Assembly: GCA_030248215.1 (NCBI GenBank)
Contig: JASANG010002859.1
Coordinates: forward strand, 248,001-312,000
DNA from: Enoplolaimus lenunculus
Lineage: Eukaryota
Direction: 5' to 3'
DNA: 64,000 nt
The translations under genes were made by a program, and so were the position numbers. A model generated the notes under the pieces. That model saw only the letters and a list, made by a program, of their open reading frames with translations, was not told the origin of the DNA and did not search any database. Every line of letters begins with the position of its first letter. The stretch's first letter is position 1. Shown here one piece after another: positions 40,442-53,407 of this stretch.

Positions 40442-43400
40442 ATGGTCAGCTGTGATGATCAATCCTCTGTTAAGCTTTGCGCTTTTCGTGGCGAATACAA
40501 GGTATACATCCAGCAATAAATTGGCTGTCATCCGAAGCAGGGGACCCTATACAAAAGCGTGAATTTAATACTTAAACTTAAAATGACCGTTTGTTTACTC
40601 ACTGTAAAAATTTCAGTGAATTGTCTTTAACTCAGAATGAGTTGAACCATTCAGTCCGAGTTAGGACTATCAGAACTCAGAAGTTTGGGTTGGTTGATGC
40701 AATTCATTCTGAGCTAATTAATCAACTAACACAGAATCAACTCAACGCAGAGTGAAAATGAACGTTTGTTTACTGACTGTAAATTTCAGTGAATTGTCTT
40801 TAACTCAGAATGAGAGTTGAATCATTCAGTCCGAGTTAGGACTATCAGAACTCAGAAGTTTGGGTTGGTTGATTTAAATCATCCTGACCTAATTAATCAA
40901 CTAAACACAGAATCAACTCAACGCAGAGTGAGAATCATCTCAACTGCAGAGTGAGTTAAACTTTACTGATATTAATACAGAAATAACCGATTCGCAAGCT
41001 GAATTGATTAATCAACTCATTGGAATTTACAGAGCTGTTTGTTTGTACCGTTGTAATTTTGTGTTTGGTACTTACTTTTACTTTATTCAATTTTGCAATT
41101 TTATTTTTAAACACAGAATTTTGATAGCAATGCGTTCAAATATTTAACTCTTATGATCGATTTGTTCGAAATTTTCCAACGTTGAAGCTTCCATGCGTGC
41201 TTTAACAGCAGTTAAACTGCTTCAACAAATGCAATTTAGCACTAAGAGTACTCCGCAGTCGGTGAAATTCAAAAACTGAAAAATTCTTCTGAAACTCAAA
41301 CACCGAAAAAAGTTAAATTTTACTATAAAAATTCGATTGAATTGATTTTAATTCAGAATGTTAGCCTTTTTCGGCCAATGTAAAGAATAGGGGCGGAACA
41401 GTATTATAAGCATAAGCCTAAACCTAAGCGTAAGAATGGGACCGCTACACTGGTATCAGCATATTGCTAAGCTTACCCTAAAAGTCTAAGCCTAAGCGTA
41501 AGAATGAGCTTAAACCTAAGAATGCGCTTAAACCTAAGCCTAAGCCTAAGCAAGGCAAAAAATTGGTCAAAACCTTAAGCTTACACTATTCTAATCCCAC
41601 ATAAAAACGTTCCGCCCCTGAATTTTACATGGGCCCCTTTTTCTATACTGGAACGCTTGTAAAACCAAACGTCACTCCTCAACCTAGCCGTGATCTGTTT
41701 ATATATTCTAGTATCGATTTAAAGAATTAAGTCCGGCCGAAAGACTGTCGAAGAAGTTTTATAAATACTTAGCGCAGGTAAAAGCTATTAAATCTAATAT
41801 ATATTTGAAAATAACTTAATTTTTTGAGGAAATCACCGCTCTGTTTTATATGTCCCAGTGTTTGCTAAACACAGGCACGTTGGCAGGAGGGCTGTGAGGC
41901 ACTAGACCCCCAATTCGCGAACGAATAAACATTTTGGGCACGTTGGAAATGTATATTTTTAACCCGCCCTCCACTGTTTTTCGTTGCTGATATATACGGT
42001 ATTTCAACTATTGGTTGAATTAAAACGGTTTCTTGTCTTGTATAAAAAGTTTGAGCGATAATGCAAGGTTTATACTGAATAACATACTTTCAAAACTTAA
42101 GTATCCTCTTCGAACTCAAACTTATTACTTTTATAGATGAAGGGGGGGCAAAAGTCCTATAGGCCGATGAAACCCGCTTACCTTCCTTTGACTACGGCCA
42201 AATCACAGTACACGAAAGTTGTGGAAGTAAAGGCGATATTTAAAAAATAGGCTTTGGCTACAAAAAATAATCAAAACGAATAGCTGCGTAAAATCAAGAA
42301 ATCATAAAACATAGTGCACAATTACAAAGGTTGTAGGAGTATATTGAGGAAACAAACACTGCAAAAAATGGTGAGTCAAATTTACTCTCTCCGAAGTATG
42401 CTCTACGGGACTATACAAATTTACTTGGACTCCGCCGGAATCAAACATGCGACTAAAGCGAGTCGAATTTGACTCTGGCGGAGTCGAATTTGACTCAGTT
42501 TGTGTACTTCCGTATAGCATATTTCGGAGAGAGTCAATTTGACTCATCAATTTTTTGCAGTGAAACGAAAAACAATTTTGAAATTTCAGTTCATTCCACG
42601 ACAAGTACATCCAAACTATTTGACGTTGATTACTCTGACATTATCGTTGTCAACATTCACAATATTCGCGTTTTACGATTGGAATTTTTTAGCGTCGACC
42701 TCGGCAAAGCCAAATGCACGCGAAATACCGCGATGGGTTTGGATTGCAGCGTTGATTGCAAACATTGCTGAATTTATTGTAGTTAAGTTGTCTTCGTAGC
42801 TGGCTCGGTTGAAAAACAAGACGATTCATATACGCTGAGTGGCAAATTGTATGATGGTATAGGAAACTTCGCGAGCGAAATCGGCGAAAAGCCACATAAG
42901 ATTATTATCGATCATTCATGTGGCCCATGTTACTTTTTGACTCACCATTTTTTGCAGTGTATATTTTATATATGCTTAGGTTTATATGTTGTTGCAAATA
43001 GGCCTACCGTACAAAAACGCTTTGCGTGTAGTCCCTACTAAATTTTTATCGACTCCAGGACTCAGTAAACCGGTTAAAAACCCATGGGTACTCTCAAAAG
43101 CTTAAACTAACTTGATTTGAGCTTAGCTAATCCGGCATTAAACTAACTTTAGAGATTAACTAAATCAAGAGTGGATGATCACTTTAACAAGAGTGTGCAA
43201 CTACCGATAGGACGAATTCTTGATTGCGAAGCAGAAAGCTAAATTTATTGGTAAAGAAGTGTTAATATTTATAATTCAAGCCAATATTTTAGATGCCCTG
43301 GATGGTGTTCACGCCCGTGAAACTGGTCAAGAAAGTAACTTCGGCGAACTCTTGGATCATTCAGTTGATGTTGTTCGAATTGGCGTTGTTCAACCGTTTT

Positions 43401-46400
43401 GTCTTCTTTCGTTGTTCGGTCGCTATGATTATGGGTTTGTTGACAATGGCACGCAATATACACAGCGTATACCTACACAGATAGGCCCATGTTACTTTAA
43501 GGGGCGTTCAAGTTTCTGGTGGGTAAAGAGTCGGTTTGCATTCTAGATTACATTTTTTGCTTAGGCTTAGGCTTAGGCTTAGGCTTAGGCTTAGGAACAC
43601 ATGTTTGCAACGCTTAGGCTTACGCCTAGGCGTAGGCTTAGGAACACATTTTTGCAACGCTTATAGGCTATTAGGCTTAGGATTAGGCTTAGGCTTAGGC
43701 TTAGAATTAGGCTTAGGCTTAGGCTTAGGAACACATGTTTGCAACGCTTAGGCTTAGGCCTAGGCTTAGGCTTAGGAACACATTTTTGCAACGCTTATAG
43801 GCTTACTGTTACGCCCCTAATTGTAACATTGACCCGTAGATATATACCGCTAACGGGGATTCTGGTTCGGAGCAGGTTACTCAAATTATTTAAATATATT
43901 TCGTTTTGCTTTTATATCTATTTGTCTCAGCAAGCATTTAGTTACTAAAAACAGTAATGAATTTGTCAGAATTATTGAGGGACTATGGTATGGCATCATC
44001 GGCCCTCATGTGGCTACTAGTTCAAACGAATAAAAATGGACATTTTTATAGTTTACAAAACTTACGGGTTCAAATTAATGTTGCGAAGAGTCAGAATCAC
44101 CAATCGTTTTTAATATCTAATATTTTAAGCTCTATTCACGCGTGCAACGTTTTTTGCAGCAAACATGACGGTTTCCTATACGAGTCGTAGTTGCAAATTG
44201 TCGGAATGTGGTTGCAGAAACTACTATTTATTCTATCTATATATTAAAGCTGGAACGCCCCACATACGTATTTTAGGCAGCGTTCTAACAGATTTTTGTT
44301 TACGTTACGTATACAAATCTATATATTAAAGCTGGAACGCCCCACACACGTGTTTTAAGCAGCGTTCAAACACATTTTTGTTTACATTACGTATACAAAT
44401 TAAGACTATGCATTGAGAATACATACTGTTTCGGATGTGTTTTATATATCTGCAAATCACAACAGCTTTTCAAAAAGGAGTTTTTTCCAATATCGTTAAC
44501 TTAAATATGAGCGGCTCTAGAGCCGGAAAAGCCTTAGTCCAGTTGCACATGTGTACAACTACGCGTACTAAAGTTTGTCCATTTCAAAAGGTATTTTGAA
44601 AAATAGCGTTTCATTTTTTCACACGATTCCTAACTGAACATTTAATTAATTTTTTAGAATCAAAATCACACGTATGCTGTTGTTGATTCTGAGTTCACAC
44701 GCTCTTTTGATAAGCACATTTATCACACAATCGATAACCAATGTGCTCGTAATTTCGTCATTGTATGATGTCAGCTTTATGGTAAGTTGAAAATATTACT
44801 GTGAATGCTTTTGCCGCGTAAAGATCAGCGGCGGAAATGTAATTGCGTGAGCTTAAGCTTTAGACAAATTTTGTGGTTAGGCTTACGCTTAGGTGTTAGC
44901 TCATTCGTACGCTTAGACTTAAGTGTGAGAGTTTCCTTGAGCTCTCTCGAATCCAGCTCTTATAGTCGAGCAAGGACGGAACCGGTTTACGCTCAGGAGT
45001 ACCAAGCTTATGCATGTGAGAAAATGTTTTTGCTTAAAGCTTTTAATATCTCGTTTTCAGTTCTTGAACTATTTATACTTTATGACTTGGTATCGCAGTT
45101 CGACTCGATGTTGGAAGCTTGAACCATATGCACCGTATTTACCGTATAATAACGCAGAAATTGTTCAGTTTTGCTTGAGTAAGTACGATTGTAAGATGCG
45201 TACTGTCAGATAGATTTCATTAAGCTTATACAATATTGTCGGTTTATTTTAACTAAATATTGAAAAATCAAGTTCTATGGGGCCACCCAGGCCTATAGCC
45301 GCTATAAGAGATTTAAACGGTGAACTAAATATCAAAGTTTAGGTGGGCGTCGGTCGGTAGTTCCGGTCCGAATTTTTTCCACTATTAAATATCACGTCGA
45401 CCAGTGTTCAGAAATTTTTGAATCCGCTGTTGAGAAATTATAAAAACTGTTATATATAATATATATGTATATATATTATATATATTTATATATATATTTA
45501 TATATAAATATATATTATATAATATATCAGGATTCCACCGGAATTCCTGCAAAAATTCAATTCCTTTCTGCATTCAAAGGTGCAGGGACCGGAATTTTTA
45601 CAGTTTGCGGCAAATTATACCTAATAATTTATATATTGGAAACTTTGTCATTAAAAATAGTTATTTCGACATGAGTGTTTTACCAATTACTTCAATTATG
45701 TTAATAGTTCGGAAGTGTTTTCGCAAATGTTGATGATTTAAACAGCTCAATTCGTTTAAGTCACGAGGCACACTTATGTTCGCGTTTTGTTGCTCACCGC
45801 ACAGCTGCGCAATGGGCCATGTGTTCTATTTGTGTCAACTTTAATATAAGTTTCAGTTTGTGGCAACTGTTTTTCAATATTGACTCTGCTGCCGACACTT
45901 TTCAGCAGGTAAAAGTAAACTATCTTTTATATTGATTTGATTTTAAAGAAATCCTTCATTTTCAATTTTACTATGCTTCCTGATTCCAAACTCAAGTTTG
46001 AAATTTAGTATTTTTGATTTCTACGCTGTGTGGCTTTAAATTAAAACGGACGACGCCTAAAATCCATATCTGATACTTTAATTCTTTCCCGCATAGAGTA
46101 TACTATGAGTAACCAACTGCAAACTGTATGCGCGCAATACTCTGTAAAAACAGTACATAAAATAATTTCGTTATATTTTACTAACTTTTTTAAGTATAAG
46201 TGTACTAAATATTGAGCAAATCTTTGATTAATTAATGTAAATAAGTAAAACTACTGTTGTCATTTCCTGATTAATTAAGTAAATGTAAAGCTAAAAATTT
46301 TGTGTTTGCTTAAAATTAAGTAAAACTTTGCCAAGCTCCATAGTAAGTAAAACCGACACTTAAGTCGGCAACAGTTTTACTTATTTTTAAGTATATTTTT

Positions 46401-49111
46401 TAGTGAGTATATACGAAATTTACAATGCTTAATGATTGATAAGCGTTTGCGCAGTGCATAATCTGAACAACATACTGGAGCTCTTTCAACCTCATATGTC
46501 ATGAGCCAAGCTCAAGCGCTCAATAGTAAGCTTGTTTATCCGATCTATTCAATATTTGAATCTTAGCTTGATAAAATAGAAAATATTCATGCAGAAACCG
46601 ACTAAATTGAAATATTTTTCGTTTTATAGCGTTTAAATTTTACAGACTAAAACGAGTCGACCATGACAAGTCGATGAAGGCCATCAACAAACGTTTAGTT
46701 TCGTTTGCTTGCGTTGCGCTGTGTTCATACGTTTGGATCTCACAGTATCCGCGTTTCGTTTCACAACATGTTCGAGTGTTTTTTGTTGCTGTTTCTATTC
46801 CGATTTCAACTTTATCGGTATATTAATAATTAATTTTTTAATTTTTTTCTTTACGAGAAAAAATACTTATGCTATTAAGTATTAAAAACAAATGTTGCAA
46901 AGGTAAATTTTAGCTGGTACTTAAGATAAGCGGAAATCAATGTTTACTATACCGGATATCCGGATATGAAAAAATATCCAATACACATCGCGAATGTTTA
47001 CTGTTATTGTGAGACGTACCGAGTAACTTAGATTAGAGGAAGCCAGTAACGAAAGAACAACTAAAATTTTTGACAGCAATGCATATCCTGATTTGGGACG
47101 CAGCGTCCGATCATCCTACGAAGTAAAAAAAAGCTTGCAAGCGAAACGGTCGAGAAGCCAAACACAATTTCGCAATACAAGTACTGGTACAAAATTTTGG
47201 TTTTGATAACTGTGGCTGCGGATCCGGCCTGAGTGGCCCCATTGAAACCGCGCCAGTGTACCAAAGTACACTGCAAAAAATGGTGAATCAAATTGACTCT
47301 CTCCGAAATAGGCTTTTCGAGACTATACAAACTGAGTCATATTCGACACCGCTAGAGTCAAACATGTGAGTCATTGTGTCAAATTTGACTCTGACGGAGT
47401 TGAATTTTGCCTCAATTTGTGTAGTCCCGTAGAGCCTATTTCGGAGAGAGTCGATTTGACTCACCATTTTTGCAGTGTAAAACTATATTTCAGATCTCAA
47501 CAATCGCACAACGGCTTGCATACAATGCACCTTCGAAATTTTTTGATGAAGACATCGCTTTTTCTGCTATATTTGTAATTCTAACAACAATTTGTGTTAT
47601 GATTCCATGCGATACAGTGTTTTCGCTGCTATTAACGTGTTATATTATCAGTTCAATGGTTAGATATGCGTTGTTTTACTGTAGAATGGTAATTTTTTAC
47701 GCTGGAATCAGATGCGGATCCAAAAATGTATGACAGTGGGGGTGGGCTGGCAAATGTTATGAAACGCACAAATTGTAACCTTATCATTTTATAACAAAAA
47801 ATTCTGCGGGAAAAATTGTTTTTTCACAAAAATTTTCGGAGGAGAAAAGATTGGGGAGGCGTAGACACCCCCCTCCGCCCATTCCCTCTGGATCCGCTAG
47901 TGGCTGAACTTCGAAAATAGCAAGCTTAGAGCGGTATTCTTGTCAGAAGTTTAATGGCAACGGATGTGGTCCAAAAGTTACATAGCTTGTTTTATATAAA
48001 GGTTAAAATGCTGAAATCGCTTTGAAAAATCGACAAACAATTTTATGGAGGATATTTCGCATTCTAAATAAAGTAAACTTAGAACCGCAATAACAAATAA
48101 ATTTATTTCCTGAAGCCTAAGCAAACAATGTAGTCTAGAATGTAAGCCTACTCTTTTACTGACCTACCAGAAACCGGGACGGCCCTAAAAGTAACAAGGG
48201 CTTAAATTGATATTTCCTGCAAGCACAAAATGGCTTCTGTACGACAATTCACTCTAACCTTGCATTATCTTTCAAGCTTTTGACGCAAGGCAAAAAACGT
48301 TTAATTCAACGAATAGTTGCAATACCGCACTGTAGTGACCTGAATAAGAGGGGTAGGACTGATATTTATTTGGCCTCTCCAGAGGGTACCCCATGTTGTT
48401 ACGGACTGTTATTTATTTTCAACTCAGGCTCCGCTGCCCTTCGTTACTGATATATATCCGGTACTGCAATTATCCGTTGAATTAAACTTTTATTTGTCTT
48501 GTGTCAATAGCTTGAGGGTTAAAACAAGGTTATACTTAGGAATGTACTTTCAAAATTTAAGTACACTTTAAAGTGTTCAACTCAAATTATTTGGTTCTGG
48601 AGTCATTTATGCGCTACAATTAGGGTTAATAGACAATTATGGACTCTAATTAGGGTTTAGGGACTCTATCCGCTTACGGACTCTATATTAGGAATACAGA
48701 CTCCAATCGATTCGGACTCAAAATGGGGACCGCCCTCGTATTACCCCTCCCCCTCCTATTCGGATCAATACAGTATATATATCAGTAACGAAGGGTGGCG
48801 GAGGGCGGGTTGAAAATAAATAACACTCCGTAACCGAATACCGCTGGGGTACCTATCCTCTGGAGACGCCAAATAAATATCAGCCCCCTCTCATTCGGAT
48901 CAATACATTACAATTTTGAAAACTTTCAGATTTTGGAATAGCTAGCCGTCGAAATAGGCTTATGTTAGAACGAACAGCTAAAACTGTACAAGAGTATAAA
49001 ACATTAAACTATTATTTTGAAACTGTTTCTCTAAAATAGCGCAAAGTCTTTGTCGATACCGTACGATAAGCAGACTCTGAATTTTTATTTCAGGCGACCA
49101 TACTTCGATGA
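40442..49111 (+). CDS. EPT1: divergent ethanolamine/choline phosphotransferase (EPT1/SELENOI-like, CDP-alcohol phosphotransferase family), 10 exons, ~379 aa
   Basis: join(40442-40501, 41712-41777, 42590-42782, 43293-43434, 44658-44781, 45061-45178, 45857-45908, 46646-46817, 47494-47688, 49094-49111), all phases compatible with no internal stops. Contains the CDP-AP motif DALDGVHARETGQESNFGELLDHSVD and SELENOI-like segments PNYLT, YDWNFLAS, IPRWVW, SLFGR, YDVS and HVRVFF, with many hydrophobic helices. The intron 3 donor is non-canonical (TTAAGT) and the terminal exon (ATILR*) is tentative. Confidence 0.8.
40587..41033. repeat. ~175-bp tandem duplication within a CACTGTAAA-ended element in EPT1-like intron 1
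   Basis: Unit CGTTTGTTTACTxACTGTAAA...TCAACGCAGAGTGA repeated at ~40587 and ~40762. Confidence 0.75.
41373..41635. mobile_element. Merlin-like MITE with GCCTAA core (subfamily 3)
   Basis: Perfect TSD CCTTTTTC; TIR GGCCxATGTAAA...GGGGCGGAAC. Confidence 0.85.
42357..42562. mobile_element. CAC-ended palindromic MITE
   Basis: Same TIR as 39379; 2-bp TSD AA. Confidence 0.75.
43484..43834. mobile_element. Merlin-like MITE with expanded TTAGGC arrays
   Basis: Subfamily-1 TIRs; about 240 bp of (TTAGGC)n blocks separated by a repeated AACACAT(G/T)TTTGCAACGC spacer. Confidence 0.85.
44236..44571 (+). mobile_element. non-autonomous Helitron-like element with duplicated 5' end
   Basis: TCTATATATTAAAGCTGG at 44236 and ~44318; 3' hairpin AGTTG-CACATGTG-TACAACT. 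Confidence 0.6.
47269..47477. mobile_element. CAC-ended palindromic MITE
   Basis: TIRs and TSD TA; ends 16 nt before EPT1-like exon 9. Confidence 0.8.
48330..48908. mobile_element. TA-TSD MITE (Tc1/mariner-like, tentative) plus an adjacent inverted copy of its left end
   Basis: Homologous to 56771-57213; 48774-48908 is the reverse complement of the left ~130 bp. Confidence 0.65.
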
Positions 49112-49789
49112 TTGTACAGCAGAGCGCAGAAGGTTACAACCGGAGGTCCGCCTCCGGCCTCTGGCACAAGATCGACCTCCTGCTAAGGCAGAATTTTTGC
49201 CGGAGGTTTCGGCAGTTTTGGCAGTGAGCGAAATGTTGCATAATTTTGCGAGATCTATTTGTTTCGCGTGTTTTGTTTTAACTTTTGGCACAATTTTGAG
49301 GGAAAAAATGCCTAGATTTCGTAAAAAATAAGCGCAAAACCTAAAACCGAACAATTTAACAACACATTGCAGATATTTGTTAAAATTAGCAAATTAAACA
49401 TTTTAACTACTTAATTTTGCCTCACCTCCAGCTTCACCTCCAGCTCTTGCGTCGGCAAGTTTTGTTGACCTCCAGTCCGGCTCTGGTATTTGTCGGCTCC
49501 GGTTGCGCACTGTCAGCTTAGAACTATTGTGATATGAAATTAACCAATATTATTTGAAATTTATGTTTCATTAAACTCCCCATTTTAAATTCTAAACCAA
49601 TGAAATACCCAAGGCTTAACGTAACAATCGTTTACTGCATTGCAAAACATTAGCTTCATCTGAAATAACTATTCACAAAACGCAACCATTTCATTTTATT
49701 TTAATAACTATACTGGCTGATGCAAGGAGACACTTACCATAGACCCACCACTTAGGCTCACATCCAAAAATTTGCATTAATATTTAGTA

Positions 49790-49995
49790 CACAGCAAGAA
49801 ATGGTGAGTCAAATTGACTCTGCCAGAAATAGGCTTTTCGTGACTACACAAACTGAGTCAAAATTCGACTCCGCCAGAGTCAAATTGAGTCGAAATTGAC
49901 TCTGGTGGAGTCAAATTTTGACTGGCAGTTTGTGTAAGTAGTCAGGAAGAGCCTATTTTGGAGAGAGTCAATTTGACTCACCATTTTTTGCAGTG
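49790..49995. mobile_element. CAC-ended palindromic MITE
   Basis: TIRs and TSD TA. Confidence 0.8.
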
Positions 49996-51041
49996 TAGTG
50001 AATATTCGTTCAAATCATCGCTGGAGTTAGGGATTATATACTTTTCACTGTGCAGAAAACGATGTGCCAAGCAAGTGTAACGAGCGAAAATACATTTTTA
50101 ACCTTAGGCTTGCAGCAGGTGAGGACTATTGAAACTGTAGGTACACCAAAAAGTTTGAGGTTGAATATACCACCATTCTTTATGTAAGCACTCGCTTGAA
50201 ACGCGTTCTAAACTCCAGCCGCATCAGGCCCGTAGTCAGCGCACCATGCTAAAGGGGGTAAACATTTTTAGGAGGGGAAATCAAGGGTTTTTAGTGACTT
50301 GCAAGCAAGGTTGAAAATTTTCTAGGGGGACCAAAATTTATCCGAGAGGCTCAGCTCCCCTGGCCCCACCTTGGCTACGGACCCAAGCCGCAGGCTTGGT
50401 ACTAGGCTGTAGCGTTATATCTGCTCAAAAGCTTGCTTTTCCATCGAGTATAGGAAATGGCTTAATTACGTCAAATTCTATTAGATACGGTATTAAAAAC
50501 AACAATCAGTTGCGTTTTGGTCTCCGCCCTTAAACTATGATGGCTCTTGTTTGGATCGGGAAACCATGTTTTTATCGAAAACATTTTACGCTTCGCTGGA
50601 ACAAAATTTCAATAATTCCATTCAAAGATTAATTTTAACTCAACGTTACGTGCTGATGTTATTAATATTGAATAATTTTTACCGAAAGCATAGTTTTGCT
50701 GGAAAGAGCAGGAGCGGAACAGTAGTATAATCATATCCCTAAGCCTAACCGTAAAGCGTATTCCTAAGCTTAACCCTAAGCGTAAGATGAGTTTATCCCT
50801 TAGCCAAAGCAAAAAATAGTCTAAAGCTTAAGCTTTTACATTATTCCAGCTCCCCACAGAAAAAAATTCCGCCCCTGATGTTTACATGGGCCGTTGTGCT
50901 AATATAAATATCTTGACGTTTGTATGCGTTTTTCATGTTTGAAAAAGTTTGTTTTTAGTTTTGAATCTGATACAAACCAACGGTTGTGTAGTTTGAGGTT
51001 TAACCGTTTTACCTCATATTATTAAATCTAAGTAGTACCTA

Positions 51042-51209
51042 CACTGCAAAAATGGTGAGTCGAATTGACTCTCTTCAAAATGGACTTTTCCTGACTACAC
51101 AAACTGAGTCAAAATTTGACTCTGGCGAAGTTGTATTTTGACTCAGTTTATGTAGTCTGTAAAAGCCTATTTCGGAGAGAGTCAATTTGACTCACCATTT
51201 TTTGCAGTG
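51042..51209. mobile_element. CAC-ended palindromic MITE
   Basis: TIRs and TSD TA. Confidence 0.8.
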
Positions 51210-51414
51210 TAATTATCATCAGTTGGCGATATACAGGTCATGTTAACTGTAAAATTGATGTATTGTATGATGAATTTAAATGAAGTTTAGGCAAATATTA
51301 TATTTTAGACAATTGATTTACCCGGCTGCAGTACAGAATTCTCAGATAGAAACAGCACTGCAAGGTTTCAATCGTTTGACTCAGTAACTTTTTATATCTG
51401 AAATTGCTCTTATA

Positions 51415-51624
51415 CACTGCAAAAAATGGTGAGCCAAATTGACTCTCTCTGAAATAGGCTCTACGGAACTAAACAAAATGAGTCAACTTCGACTCCGTCA
51501 GAGTCAAATGTGTGAGTCAGTGAGTCGAAGCTGACTCAGGCAGAGTCGAATTTTGACTCAGTTTGTGTAGTCAGGAAAAGCCTATTTCGGAGAGTGTCCA
51601 TTTAACTCACCATTTTTTGCAGTG
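51415..51624. mobile_element. CAC-ended palindromic MITE
   Basis: TIRs and TSD TA. Confidence 0.8.
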
Positions 51625-52062
51625 TACTAAAACGATTGAGGCACGCATGCTAGGATTATGCTTAGGATTACGTTTAGGATAAATAAAAACACTGTCAGGA
51701 CACAAGTTGTCGCGCGATAAACACAGGCCCACGGCCAGCTCACCTTGCTAGGAGGGCTAAAAAATTATCAGAAGGGACATTCAAGGGTTTTCAATGAGTT
51801 ACAAGCAAGGTTGAAAGTTTTCCAGCGCGGCCAAAATTTTTCCAGGGGGGCTGTGCCCCACCCCCTGGACCCCCTTGGCTACGGGCCCGGATAAACTTTC
51901 ATACATTTCCGAAAAATCTTGAACGCGAATATTTTCACCACTTTATTACTGCTTAACAAAATTTATTCTCCCACCAAGACATCCTGGATACCCTACTGAA
52001 CCCTTCTAATATAACCCGGCAACATTGAGGTCCAATACAATTAGGACTCGTGAAACTCGTGT

Positions 52063-52283
52063 GGCCCATGTAAAGATCAAGGGCGGAACGTTTTTCTATG
52101 GGACTAGAAAAGAGTTATCTTAAGCTTTAGACAAATTTTTGTTGCTTGGCTTAGGCTTTGGAATATGCTCATTCTTACGCTTAGGCTTAGGCTTTGGAAT
52201 ACGCTCATTCTTACGCTTAGGCTAAGGCTTAGGCTTAGGAATATACTTATAATACTGATCCGGCCCTGTTGTTTACATTGGCC
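52063..52283. mobile_element. Merlin-like MITE with TTAGGC core (subfamily 3)
   Basis: TIRs; TSD ACTCGTGT/ATTCGTAT. Confidence 0.75.
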
Positions 52284-53407
52284 ATTCGTATCCATGATTT
52301 TATTTTGTTTATGTATGTTAATTCCCCATGGTTGAATCAAAAACAAAGTATTCACTCGGGTAAATAATACGACACTGAGTTTGTGTAGTTTGTTTTACGT
52401 ACATCTGCGGTTGACAATGACTGCTTTATAAATGGTTCATGAGGCATATTTGCCTTGGGTCTTTGTTCGTTCTGTTAATGCGTAGGTGTGTTTTTAAAGG
52501 ATGTTTTTGATATATTCACGTAGGTGGCTTTATTATAGATGTGTTCCCATGAAAAGTATCTAAATATTGCTGTGTATGTCTAAAGTAAAGTTTAGCCACT
52601 GTCTTTTTCAAACAACTATGCTCGTATAGTTCAAACGGCCAAATGGGGTTAAAAACATTTTGCGCGTCGACATGCGAAATAGTATTCAAGTGGGACTAAC
52701 CCGTCTGTCAGGGCCGGAGCAGCCACCCCCAATACCCCTCTTTCGGGAGCCGACCCCTTAAGGGGTTCCCACCCTAACCGACAGAAACAAAAATCGCTCA
52801 AGTGTTAAAATGCGTCTGGCTTCACGCTCGCTTCTCGCTCGCGAGTTTGGGGGCCCCACCCTGGACTTTGGGGGCGTCCTCATCCCTGCCTGCTCCGGCA
52901 TTTCCATCCAGTAGAATTAATTTTTTACACAATTCTGACAATCTCCTGACCCTAAAAGTCACTCAGTCCATCATGTTCCTACAGCATTTAGTTGAGCTGA
53001 ACGCAAAATAGGAGTGAAAGAAAACATTTCTTATTAAAACGAAATTGAAATTCATTATTTTTAAATTGGCAAATAGGTTTGCGGTAACAAACTAAAGGCG
53101 GTCAGGTGAACTAATTGCGCTCTAAGTGTGATAGCAGAATAAGGGCAGGAGGTTGATAATGAAGAAAATAAATTAGCCTGATCGCTAGCGTATATTTCAG
53201 AATATTAAACTGACTTGATGTAGACACATGCGGTATTTTATACTAACACAGAATCCCAAAACCATTAATTTCTGAAACCGGTATAAAAAGCTCGCCTGTC
53301 AAGCATGCAAAAATCTAAACGTAATTTTATTGCTAAATCTCAATACACAATTTTGGTTTTGATCCCTGTGTTGCCTGGCCTGGATGCCGCCCGTTTTAGT
53401 TTCTCCA

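Noticed and set aside
42787..42925. Protein-like open frame (VVFVAGSVEKQDDSYTLSGKLYDG...) just inside EPT1-like intron 3
   Set aside because: It is out of frame with exon 3, has no usable splice path or recognisable homology, and runs into MITE fragments.
43536..43948. LRLRLR/LGLGLG ORFs, or a true telomere
   Set aside because: The TTAGGC arrays are internal to a TIR-bounded MITE in an intron, so this is neither a chromosome end nor coding sequence.
49094..49190. Selenocysteine recoding of the TGA in the EPT1/SELENOI-like last exon
   Set aside because: The terminal exon is tentative, read-through enters a hAT-like MITE within ~15 nt, and I could not identify a SECIS. A SECIS search would be needed.
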